IMG/VR virus record: IMGVR_UViG_3300020045_002497
Span: 1 to 26,852 of that record
Length of the DNA: 26,852 bases
Strand: one strand, 5' to 3'
From: a virus
Lineage: Duplodnaviria; Heunggongvirae; Uroviricota; Caudoviricetes
How positions within the stretch are numbered: the stretch's first letter is position 1; each line of letters opens with the position of its first letter. Shown one piece after another: positions 8,858 to 16,893 of this stretch. The notes under the pieces were generated by a model. That model worked only from the letters and a program-made list of their open reading frames with translations. It did no database searches and was not told the DNA's origin. A program made the translations under genes and the position numbers.

Positions 8858-9601
8858 ATGCGTGAACATTTTGAGAATGCTATTGAATTATTAAAAAAAC
8901 AACAAATTAATGGATGTATTACAGGTTCTTGTATGCTTGAATTCAATGAAAGTTGGAATCAAGACATAGATTTATTTGTATATGATAAAGCTAGCTTTAC
9001 TAAAATACTTTGGTTTATGTATTATAATCCAATGTTTAATATTCTAGATCCATTAGAAAATCATAAATTCAAAGATTTTGTAGATAATGATAAATCATCA
9101 TTAGAGCAACTTGGTTTGATAACAATAAAATTTAAATATAATCTATTGATAGATGTCAATGTTATATTTAAGAAATTTCATAAAACATGTTTTGATGTAA
9201 TAAGTAATTTTGATTTAGATCTAATTGCTACAGCTTATGACATTAAAACAGGAAAAACAATCTCTTTAAGAGAAACAACAGGATTAGAAGGTACTTGGAA
9301 CAAATGGAATCCAACTTTCTATCAACATGAATTCTGGTCAACAAAGCGTCTATTAAGACAATTTGAACGTGTAATTAAATACACAGAAAGAGGTTATGAT
9401 CTATCTACAGTTACTGATAAGTATATATTAATAGTAGAAGAAATCATTCAATCAGAGAATTTTTATAAAACAGAGAAAGGAACAAAGTACTTTGAAGATA
9501 ATATTGAAACCTTTGAAGTAGTATTAAAAATATTGCAAGAGTGGAAGAAGACTAAATCTATCTCACCTGCTGAATTACTCACACTTAAAACGTTGATTTA
9601 A
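8858..9601 (+). CDS. Nucleotidyltransferase, Pol-beta superfamily (CCA/poly(A) polymerase head-like); start revised from 8804 to ATG 8858
   Basis: GCITGS...QDIDLF (hGS..DhD), third Asp in IDVN, ISNFDLD at the position of the RRDFT motif. Confidence 0.7.
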   Translation: MREHFENAIELLKKQQINGCITGSCMLEFNESWNQDIDLFVYDKASFTKILWFMYYNPMFNILDPLENHKFKDFVDNDKSSLEQLGLITIKFKYNLLIDVNVIFKKFHKTCFDVISNFDLDLIATAYDIKTGKTISLRETTGLEGTWNKWNPTFYQHEFWSTKRLLRQFERVIKYTERGYDLSTVTDKYILIVEEIIQSENFYKTEKGTKYFEDNIETFEVVLKILQEWKKTKSISPAELLTLKTLI

Positions 9602-9902
9602 TGGACGATTTTATATTACCTGATACTTGGTGTATAAAAATAACTGAAGATAATCGTAAAATTATAAATGATTGGAAAATAAAACAACCAGTTTTAAATG
9701 ATGATTTATTTAAACATTTACAATATATATATGTTAATCATGGACGGTGGTTGGATCAGATGATCATTACAAAAAACAAGAATTATCAATTGAAGAATTT
9801 ATACAATATGTATTAAAACAAGAGATTGAAGTTAAACAAAAATCAATTAAGGAAGATACTACTTATCTCATTAATTTTTTAAAACAAAATAATATTACAT
9901 AA
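9601..9902 (+). pseudogene. Family B small gene with a -1 frameshift near 9738-9760
   Basis: Frame 1 gives FILPDTWCIKITEDNRKIINDW; the shifted frame continues SDDHYKKQELSIEEFIQYVL...KEDTTYLINFLKQNNIT* (TAA 9900-9902), restoring the family motif and tag. Confidence 0.75.
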
Positions 9903-9903
9903 T

Positions 9904-10086
9904 ATGTCATCAGAGATGGATAAACTCCTTGAGGAGTTAAGAGCAATGAAAAAAACTGGCCCTACATTTAATGCTAAAACTGTATGGGATGGTATTGCAC
10001 AAAGAAAAGATTTCTCAGAAATGGGATTTAAATCAATTGAGGAATTTGAACAATGGATTTCAGATAATCCTTACGCTAATTTATAA
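9904..10086 (+). CDS. Hypothetical protein, 60 aa
   Basis: Packed ORF with plausible composition. Confidence 0.65.
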   Translation: MSSEMDKLLEELRAMKKTGPTFNAKTVWDGIAQRKDFSEMGFKSIEEFEQWISDNPYANL

Positions 10087-10089
10087 GAT

Positions 10090-10341
10090 ATGAAAAAGTT
10101 TATAAAAGATAACCACCTATCATTTGGTGAAGGGATGAGAAATTCTACAGTTACCGTACTTATCGGGTATTCTCAACATTTAGGATTATCTCAAAATGAT
10201 TTAGAAGTAGAATTATCTGATGAAATAGAAGCAGATAGTTTTATTCAAGAAGAAATAAATAGATTATGGATTTATTGTAAAAGAAATGATTACAAGAAAT
10301 TCTGGAAAACAGCTCAGGCTAAAAAACAATATACATTTTAA
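10090..10341 (+). CDS. Stand-alone PriCT (primase C-terminal)-like helical domain
   Basis: FGEGMRNSTVTVLIGYSQHLG matches the EGxRNxxLxxLxGxL..G pattern of PriCT-1; lies near a Prim-Pol domain gene. Confidence 0.55.
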   Translation: MKKFIKDNHLSFGEGMRNSTVTVLIGYSQHLGLSQNDLEVELSDEIEADSFIQEEINRLWIYCKRNDYKKFWKTAQAKKQYTF

Positions 10342-10351
10342 ATTAAAAATT

Positions 10352-10654
10352 ATGATAAGACAACCAATTAATTCAGTAATAGGAATAAAATTTAGAAGTT
10401 GCACTGATTACTATACAGGTAAAAAAGAATCTAAGACATATGGTTATGTTGAATTAAATAATGGTATCTTAGAAATTTCTAAATTTAAAAATGCAGGTAA
10501 ATTAAATATTGAACTTCGTGTAATGAGGGGTAATACATTAAAACCTGAATTGAAGAAAATAGTAAATTCTTATTCAGATATTAGACATTATGTTAAGGAA
10601 TTAAACTATGAAGACATGTCTGAATTACAAAATCTATTATCTGAAATACAATGA
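10352..10654 (+). CDS. Hypothetical protein, 100 aa (start revised from 10286), with tag-like end
   Basis: ATG 10352 after A-rich leader; ends YEDMSELQNLLSEIQ, aligning with KEDLSYLIPLLKDLQ. Confidence 0.7.
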   Translation: MIRQPINSVIGIKFRSCTDYYTGKKESKTYGYVELNNGILEISKFKNAGKLNIELRVMRGNTLKPELKKIVNSYSDIRHYVKELNYEDMSELQNLLSEIQ

Positions 10655-11127
10655 AATCATTCCTATTAAATAAAGCAACAAATACACCTATTGTTCGCTG
10701 GAGTCTTGTACCTAACAATTGTTTTTTTGAAGGAGCTATTCCTGAAGGTTATGCTTTAGCAGTAGCTCCATCAGAAAATTATATTGTGTTAGATGTAGAT
10801 AAAAAAAATGGTAAAAATGGATTTGCGAGTATTCCAATTCACATATCTGGATTATTAGAACATACTTTTTATTATTATACTAAATCAGGTGGTGCTCATT
10901 ATTGGATTAAGTACACTGGAGATAAAGTATTATTAAATACATCTACTAAATACGGTTTAGATTTACGCATAGGAGCTAAACCAGGTAATAGTGGTGGATA
11001 TGTCAAATATCCTCATAATGTAGACATTAGACAATGTATTCAGTTAATTAAAGAATCTTCTTCAGAGTTAAATGTGTGGTTAGAATCATTATTTTGTGGA
11101 GTAAATCATGAAAAATATGGAAAATAA
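10651..11127 (+). CDS. Bifunctional DNA primase/polymerase N-terminal (Prim-Pol, AEP) domain
   Basis: IVLDVD (motif I), TKSGGAHYW (motif II), LDLR..GGYVKYP (motif III). Confidence 0.8.
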   Translation: MKSFLLNKATNTPIVRWSLVPNNCFFEGAIPEGYALAVAPSENYIVLDVDKKNGKNGFASIPIHISGLLEHTFYYYTKSGGAHYWIKYTGDKVLLNTSTKYGLDLRIGAKPGNSGGYVKYPHNVDIRQCIQLIKESSSELNVWLESLFCGVNHEKYGK

Positions 11128-11461
11128 CAATTTTAAAAAGGGAGATTATGTAGTTTTATTAAGTGGATGTGATGGTACAAATACATGGCCTGATGTAATA
11201 CCTATAAATTATTGTTATAAATTAAGAGAAGACTCTAATGATTTAACATTTAGAGTTGCTAGAGATACACGAGGAAGTAAATCCAATGGTTGGTATACTA
11301 CTCCACCATATGATAGTAAACTTTTATTAAGAGCTGCTACATCATCTGAAATTAAATTATATGAAGAATTTGGTAAACCATTTAGTGTTTCTATTTATAT
11401 TCCTGAATCTTATGAATATTTAATTCCATTACTTAAAGAATTAGATAATGAAACTACATGA
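11108..11461 (+). CDS. Small protein, family A-like (RAAT..EI), with SYEYLIPLL tag
   Basis: LRAATSSEIKLY; ends PESYEYLIPLLKELDNETT. Confidence 0.8.
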   Translation: MKNMENNNFKKGDYVVLLSGCDGTNTWPDVIPINYCYKLREDSNDLTFRVARDTRGSKSNGWYTTPPYDSKLLLRAATSSEIKLYEEFGKPFSVSIYIPESYEYLIPLLKELDNETT

Positions 11462-11864
11462 TATTAAACAAGATATAGAAAAATTAATTCCTGGAATTGA
11501 TTATTCTACATTTGTTGGACACATGTCTATTCAACGTAAATCTTATAAATTTAAATTAGAAGAAATGAAAGAAGAAATAGAAAGTGATGTAAAAATTGGT
11601 GATTTTATACAATATGTACAGGGTGGTAGACATAATTCAGATGTTGTTCCTAGATACTCATCTACATTTCAACAACATGAAATAGGTAATTATACTTATA
11701 TTTTAGATATTGTTGAAGATACTAAAGGAAAATTAGGATATAAAGTTCAATGTGAACGTGGAATTACATATATAAGAAGAGAAGCTTTTAAACTTGTTCT
11801 TAATGCTCCACAACCTAAAGAAGACCTATCTTACCTTATTCCACTATTAAAAGATTTACAATGA
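11448..11864 (+). CDS. Hypothetical protein with EDLSYLIPLL tag
   Basis: Ends PKEDLSYLIPLLKDLQ. Confidence 0.8.
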   Translation: MKLHDIKQDIEKLIPGIDYSTFVGHMSIQRKSYKFKLEEMKEEIESDVKIGDFIQYVQGGRHNSDVVPRYSSTFQQHEIGNYTYILDIVEDTKGKLGYKVQCERGITYIRREAFKLVLNAPQPKEDLSYLIPLLKDLQ

Positions 11865-12184
11865 AAAAGAGATTTAGTTTACCTACAAATTGGTGTGTGA
11901 TAATAACTGAAGAAAATCGAGAGATGCTTGAAAGTTATAGAGTAACTATGAATTGTAATAATTCTGACGGTAATACATGTTTAGATGATGATGCGTTAAA
12001 TAAATATTTAATAGCTAACGATTTATATAGTGATAATATGTATTGGGGATTTGAACAACCTGATGAATATGTTTTAATTTCATTTGAGGATTTTCAAAAA
12101 TATATTTTAAAAAAGAACCCTAATGTTCCAAAAGAAGATTTAATATTCTTAAAAAATTTATTAATTCAAAATGGTATAAACTAA
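11861..12184 (+). CDS. Small paralog family B, with EDL-type tag
   Basis: FSLPTNWCVIITEENREML...YVLISFEDFQKYIL; ends PKEDLIFLKNLLIQNGIN. Confidence 0.85.
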   Translation: MKKRFSLPTNWCVIITEENREMLESYRVTMNCNNSDGNTCLDDDALNKYLIANDLYSDNMYWGFEQPDEYVLISFEDFQKYILKKNPNVPKEDLIFLKNLLIQNGIN

Positions 12185-12477
12185 TGGAAGAAGAATTTAT
12201 ATTACCTAATTTATGGTGGTTAAAAGCAGATGAAAATAATTATAATTTAATTGATAAATGGAGAAATGATTCTTTTAAAGGTAGAACACCATTTGATAGA
12301 AATTATCATTATGTATCTTATAGTGGTTGAGGTTCTACTCCAGAAAAAGATGGTTTTATAATAACTACAAATCAATTTATAAAATATGTACTCAATATTG
12401 AAGAACCAATTACCAATAATACACCAGAAGATTTATCATATCTGATAGATTTATTTAAACAACAACAAATAATTTAA
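12184..12477 (+). pseudogene. Family B small gene interrupted by an in-frame TGA (12328-12330); not in ORF track
   Basis: MEEEFILPNLWWLKADENNYNLIDKW...SYSG*GST...NQFIKYVL...PEDLSYLIDLFKQQQII* with TAA 12475-12477; TAATG-coupled to the upstream gene. Confidence 0.8.
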
Positions 12478-12478
12478 T

Positions 12479-12673
12479 ATGGAAACATTAGTTAAAAAAC
12501 CAACAATAGAAGTATCTAAAGCTAAATTAACAGCAATGGTAGATTCTGGATTAAAGAAAGAACAAATTGCAGAATGTTTTGGATTAAACATGGCTCAAAC
12601 AACTAAATTATTAAAATCTGCTGGATTGAAAATTCGTAAATTTCATTCTCCGGCATTTATATTGACAGCGTAA
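12479..12673 (+). CDS. Small helix-turn-helix protein
   Basis: GLKKEQIAECFGLNMAQTTKLLKSAG has an HTH pattern. Confidence 0.65.
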   Translation: METLVKKPTIEVSKAKLTAMVDSGLKKEQIAECFGLNMAQTTKLLKSAGLKIRKFHSPAFILTA

Positions 12674-12674
12674 T

Positions 12675-13760
12675 ATGACAACTAGGTCGGATATTCAAAA
12701 TAAAGTACTTGACATTTTAAAAGATGTTAATAGGGGTACAGTAGCTCTTTCAGGCTCAGGAGGTAAAACACTAATAGGATTAAGACATATGGATTCTGTT
12801 CAATCAGGACATTTTAAATTTTTAGTTGTTGCTCCTAAGAAATCAATATTTGAATCTTGGAAAGATGAAGCTATTAAATTTAAATTTGAACATCTTCTTA
12901 GTGATATTACTTTTTCAACATATTTATCTTTAAGTAAACAAGATATAAACAGTTATGATGTTATTTATTTGGATGAATGTCATTCACTTACGTTAACTTG
13001 TAATTCAATATTGAGTAAATTTAAAGGTAAAATTATAGGACTTACTGGTACACCACCAACTAACTCTAAATCAGAGAAATGGTTTATGGTAGATAAGTAT
13101 TGTCCTATAGTCTATTCTTATAATACTGATGAAGCTATAGACCATTCAATTTTGAATGACTATAGAATCATTGTTCATTATGTAGACTTAGATACAGAAA
13201 AAAACATTAAGGTTGTGAAACCTACTGCAACTTGGATGACAAGTGAAACTGCAATCTATAATTACTGGTCAAATAGAGTAGAAACTTCTTTTGGTAAGAT
13301 GAAACAAATAGCAGCTATACAACGCATGAAGGCTATGCAAGCATTTAAATCTAAAGAGTTAAAAGCTACTTACCTATTAAATAGTATTGGAATGTATAGT
13401 AAATGTCTTTGCTTTGCAAGTACTCAAGAGCAATCAGCTAGAATCTGTCCAATAACTTATCACTCAAAGAATAAGTTTTCAGAATCAAATTTAGAGTCTT
13501 TTAAACAAGGAAAATTACTGAAATTATGTGCTGTAGAACAATTAAATGAAGGAATCAATATACCTAATCTTAAATATGGTGTGATAATGCACTCTTACGG
13601 CAATGAGAGAAAAGCTAGTCAAAAGATATTTAGATTTCTTAGATTAAATCCAGATGATTGTGCAACAGTTCATATATTATGTTTTAAAAATACTATTGAT
13701 GAACAATGGGTGAAATCAGCATTGGGAGGATTCAAACAAAGCAAAATTGTTTATGTCTAA
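12675..13760 (+). CDS. Superfamily 2 (DExH) helicase
   Basis: SGSGGKT, LVVAP, LDECH, GLTGT, EGINIPNL, QKIFRFLR. Confidence 0.88.
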   Translation: MTTRSDIQNKVLDILKDVNRGTVALSGSGGKTLIGLRHMDSVQSGHFKFLVVAPKKSIFESWKDEAIKFKFEHLLSDITFSTYLSLSKQDINSYDVIYLDECHSLTLTCNSILSKFKGKIIGLTGTPPTNSKSEKWFMVDKYCPIVYSYNTDEAIDHSILNDYRIIVHYVDLDTEKNIKVVKPTATWMTSETAIYNYWSNRVETSFGKMKQIAAIQRMKAMQAFKSKELKATYLLNSIGMYSKCLCFASTQEQSARICPITYHSKNKFSESNLESFKQGKLLKLCAVEQLNEGINIPNLKYGVIMHSYGNERKASQKIFRFLRLNPDDCATVHILCFKNTIDEQWVKSALGGFKQSKIVYV

Positions 13761-13777
13761 GATTATGTCTATATTTG
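13747..13777 (+). promoter_or_regulatory. Candidate Bacteroidota housekeeping-sigma promoter for the homing endonuclease
   Basis: TATATTTG (13770-13777) fits TAnnTTTG; TTG at 13747-13749 lies 20 nt upstream; the motif is short and the genome AT-rich. Confidence 0.45.
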
Positions 13778-13781
13778 TATT

Positions 13782-14555
13782 ATGAAAGAACAAATAAATA
13801 CTTTAGGTTTTATATACATGATAACAAGTCCAACAGGTAGATTATATGTTGGATCAACTATCAATATTAAAAATAGATTAAAAAGTTATAAAAGTAGTCC
13901 TTCTAAAGGACAGGTAAAACTTTATAATTCTTTTAAAAAGTATGGATTTGAAAAACATATATTTGAAGTAATTATGACTTGTTCTATTAATGAAATGTAT
14001 AAATATGAAACATTAATAGGATTTGGATTCAACGTACTTGAACCTGAAAATTTAAATTTAAAATTACCTAAATTAAATAATGAATATTCTTCTATGAGTG
14101 AAGAAACAAAAATTAAAATAGGTTTAAAAAATAAAGGTAAAATACATACAGATGAATTTAAAAATAGATTACGAAATGCAAATTTAGGTAGGATTATGTC
14201 AGACGCAACAAAAGAAAAAATAAGTAAAGCTAATAAAAATCCATCAAAAGAAATAAGATTGAGAAAAAGTAAATCTCAATTAGGTAGAATTTTTTCACAA
14301 GAAGTTCGAGATAAAATAAGTAATTCTCATAAAGGTAAAAAATTAAGTATTGCACATAAAGAAAATATAGGTAAAACTAAATATATACCAATTAATCAAT
14401 ATGATTTGAATGATAATTTTATTAAAGAATGGGAAAGTATTAAATCTGCAAGTATTGATTTAAAAATAGCTAATATAAGTATTTCTTTATGTTGTAAAGG
14501 TAGAAGAAAAACAGCAGGAAAATTTAAATGGAAATACAACAATGGAACAACTTAA
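13782..14555 (+). mobile_element. Free-standing GIY-YIG homing endonuclease (HEG1) with NUMOD3-like repeats and a NUMOD1-like C-terminus
   Basis: GFIYMIT...LYVGST...R; repeats such as SEETKIKIG and SDATKEKIS; QYDLNDNFIKEWESIKSA...FKWKY. Confidence 0.9.
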
Positions 14556-15141
14556 TATTGATTTACAAAAGCTATTAGAAAATAAACTTAAAATTGAGGA
14601 TTATTTTGTATTATTTTGTTTAGTTTACGACAATGAAGAAATGTTAATGAAGTATATTACTACTTGTGGTAGAATAGAAACAGTAATATTTCAAAGATTA
14701 AGAGATTCAGGTTTTATTATCTTAAAAGATGAGTTAAATATTCTTTTTAATGAGATTAAAGTAACAGACCAGGCTAAAAATTTATTTAATGCTCAGAACA
14801 ACAATGTTGATTTTGAACCACTATTTAAAGAACTACTGTCTACTTATCCAAAATCTGTTAAAAGAGTTACTGGTGGTACTAGACCACTACACAATGACTT
14901 ACAAAGATGTAAGAAATTATATAAATCGACGATATTGAGTATTGGTTTGGTTAATAAAGAATTACATCAAAAGATTTTATTGTGTGTGCAAAAGTATTAT
15001 CGGGATCATCTTAAAGATAATAAACAGGAATTTATGCAATTATTAGCTACTTTTTTATCCCAAAGAACTTGGGAACAATATCTAGAAGATGTTAGCAACA
15101 TTCAAGAATTACCTAAACCACAAGATTATGACGCAATTTAA
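14542..15141 (+). CDS. Putative replication initiator / helicase-loader-type protein
   Basis: wHTH-like N-half; F..L...YP.. motif typical of phage initiator C-termini; overlaps the DnaB start. Confidence 0.5.
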   Translation: MEQLNIDLQKLLENKLKIEDYFVLFCLVYDNEEMLMKYITTCGRIETVIFQRLRDSGFIILKDELNILFNEIKVTDQAKNLFNAQNNNVDFEPLFKELLSTYPKSVKRVTGGTRPLHNDLQRCKKLYKSTILSIGLVNKELHQKILLCVQKYYRDHLKDNKQEFMQLLATFLSQRTWEQYLEDVSNIQELPKPQDYDAI

Positions 15142-16186
15142 ACAAAGAATTGAACAGGGGTTATTAGGTGAATATCAAGGATTAGCTAATGGTTTTAATA
15201 GAATTAATAAGTATATATACAATATACAAAGAGGTTGTTACAGTTTAATTGGAGGCTTGTCAGGAAGCTCTAAAACAACGTTATGTGATTTTATATTATT
15301 AAATGGATTACAGGATGCTATTGCAAAAAATATCCCATTTAATGTAACTTATTACTCTTGGGAAATTGATGAAGTAAGTAAGAAAGCTAATTGGTTATCT
15401 GTTTTAATTTATAACAAATATGACAGAGTTATATCACCTCAAACTATTAAAGGTTTAGGTGATTCTAGATTAACAGAAGAAGAACAAGAGATTGTTTATA
15501 GTATGTTACCAGAATTAGAAGATTTATTTTCTAAAATAACTTGGCATTGGGTACCTACAAATCCTACTGGATTATATTCAGAATGGTGGAAAACAATGTC
15601 TGCTAAAGGTAAATTTAATACTGTACCTTATGTAGATGAAAATGGGGATAATAAAGATAGAATAGTTAGTTGGACAGCTGATAATAAAGAAGAGTACAAT
15701 ATTGTAATATTAGATCACTTAGCATTAGGACGACTAGAAAGAGGATTTACACTTAAGCAGAATATTGATAAAATATCTGAATATATTGTAGGATGTAGAA
15801 ATATGTTTAATATGACATTTTATATTGTAGCTCAATTTAATCAAGGATTAAGTTCAATAGAAAGATTAAAATTTAAAGGTGCAGATATTTCTCCACAACA
15901 AACAGATTTTAAAGATTCTACTTCCCCTTATCAAGATGCTGACGTAGTGATGGGCTTATTAAACGCCTATAAAATGGATTTAGAAACAAGTCTAAATTAC
16001 AATATTAAAGTAGATGGATTTCCTAATAATTTAAAGGGAAAATATAGACTTTTAAAAATTATCAAAAATCGGTTAGGTCAAGATAATATCTCTATTGGTT
16101 TATATACTAAACCAGAAGCAGGATATTTTGAAGAATTACCTAAAGAAATGACATCAGAAGATTACTTAATGTATCAAAAGAAGTAG
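15128..16186 (+). CDS. dnaB: DnaB-like (SF4) replicative helicase, RecA domain only; start revised from 15089
   Basis: GGLSGSSKTT, YSWEI, ILDHL, VAQFNQ, DFKDS...QDADVVMGL, IIKNRLG. Confidence 0.87.
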   Translation: MTQFKQRIEQGLLGEYQGLANGFNRINKYIYNIQRGCYSLIGGLSGSSKTTLCDFILLNGLQDAIAKNIPFNVTYYSWEIDEVSKKANWLSVLIYNKYDRVISPQTIKGLGDSRLTEEEQEIVYSMLPELEDLFSKITWHWVPTNPTGLYSEWWKTMSAKGKFNTVPYVDENGDNKDRIVSWTADNKEEYNIVILDHLALGRLERGFTLKQNIDKISEYIVGCRNMFNMTFYIVAQFNQGLSSIERLKFKGADISPQQTDFKDSTSPYQDADVVMGLLNAYKMDLETSLNYNIKVDGFPNNLKGKYRLLKIIKNRLGQDNISIGLYTKPEAGYFEELPKEMTSEDYLMYQKK

Positions 16187-16187
16187 A

Positions 16188-16856
16188 ATGGGAAGAATTA
16201 TATTAACCATTGGTGAACCTGGAACAGGAAAGTCAAGAGGAATATTAAATTTAGATGAGAATACAACTCTATTAATTAAACCTAATAGAAAAGAGCTACC
16301 TTTTAAAGGTGGTGCTGTGAAATACAGTGTAGAAAAAGGTAATGTTGTAAATTGTACAACATTTCCAGTATTAAAAGAAATACTAACTAAAGCAAATGCT
16401 GGTACAAAATTTAAAACTATTATAGTTGAAGATTTTACACATTTACTTACTGCTAGAGTTATGGCTGATGCTAAAATTACAGGTTTTGGTAAGTGGAGTG
16501 ATTTGGCGGTTGATGTATTTCAAGGATTAATAAAAATAGAAGAGCAATTACGTGATGATTTAAATGTGATAGTAATTGGACATACAGAAAGAAATACTGA
16601 TGTAAATGGTAATAGTGTTATTACTTTACAAACAGTAGGGAAGTTATTAGATAATCAAATCAAAATACCTTCATACTTTACTTATGTTCTTCATACTGAT
16701 GTGAAAGAAGTGAATGGAAAAATGGAATATTCATTATTAACTAATAGTGATGGTCTTAGATTAGCTAAATCTCCTGAAGGGTGTTTAGATAAATTTGAAC
16801 CTAACGATTATGCGTTAATATTGAATAAAATACACAGATATCAATTAGGAGAGTAA
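16188..16856 (+). CDS. AAA_24 / Sak4-like ATPase (single-strand annealing or recombination)
   Basis: IGEPGTGKS Walker A, IIVED Walker B, VIGH, LAKSP; adjacent to an SSB-like gene as in Sak4 loci. Confidence 0.8.
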   Translation: MGRIILTIGEPGTGKSRGILNLDENTTLLIKPNRKELPFKGGAVKYSVEKGNVVNCTTFPVLKEILTKANAGTKFKTIIVEDFTHLLTARVMADAKITGFGKWSDLAVDVFQGLIKIEEQLRDDLNVIVIGHTERNTDVNGNSVITLQTVGKLLDNQIKIPSYFTYVLHTDVKEVNGKMEYSLLTNSDGLRLAKSPEGCLDKFEPNDYALILNKIHRYQLGE

Positions 16857-16893
16857 TTTCCCTAATAAATTTAAATTAAAAATATATAAAATT

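Noticed and set aside
8740-8946. Minus-strand 68-aa ORF
   Set aside because: Antisense to two + strand genes and the structured element; no motif
12328-12330. Genome-wide TGA-to-Trp (or TAG) recoding as the cause of the internal stop
   Set aside because: All long enzymes are intact in the standard code using TGG, TGA ends many genes in ATGA overlaps, and TAG ends the DnaB gene
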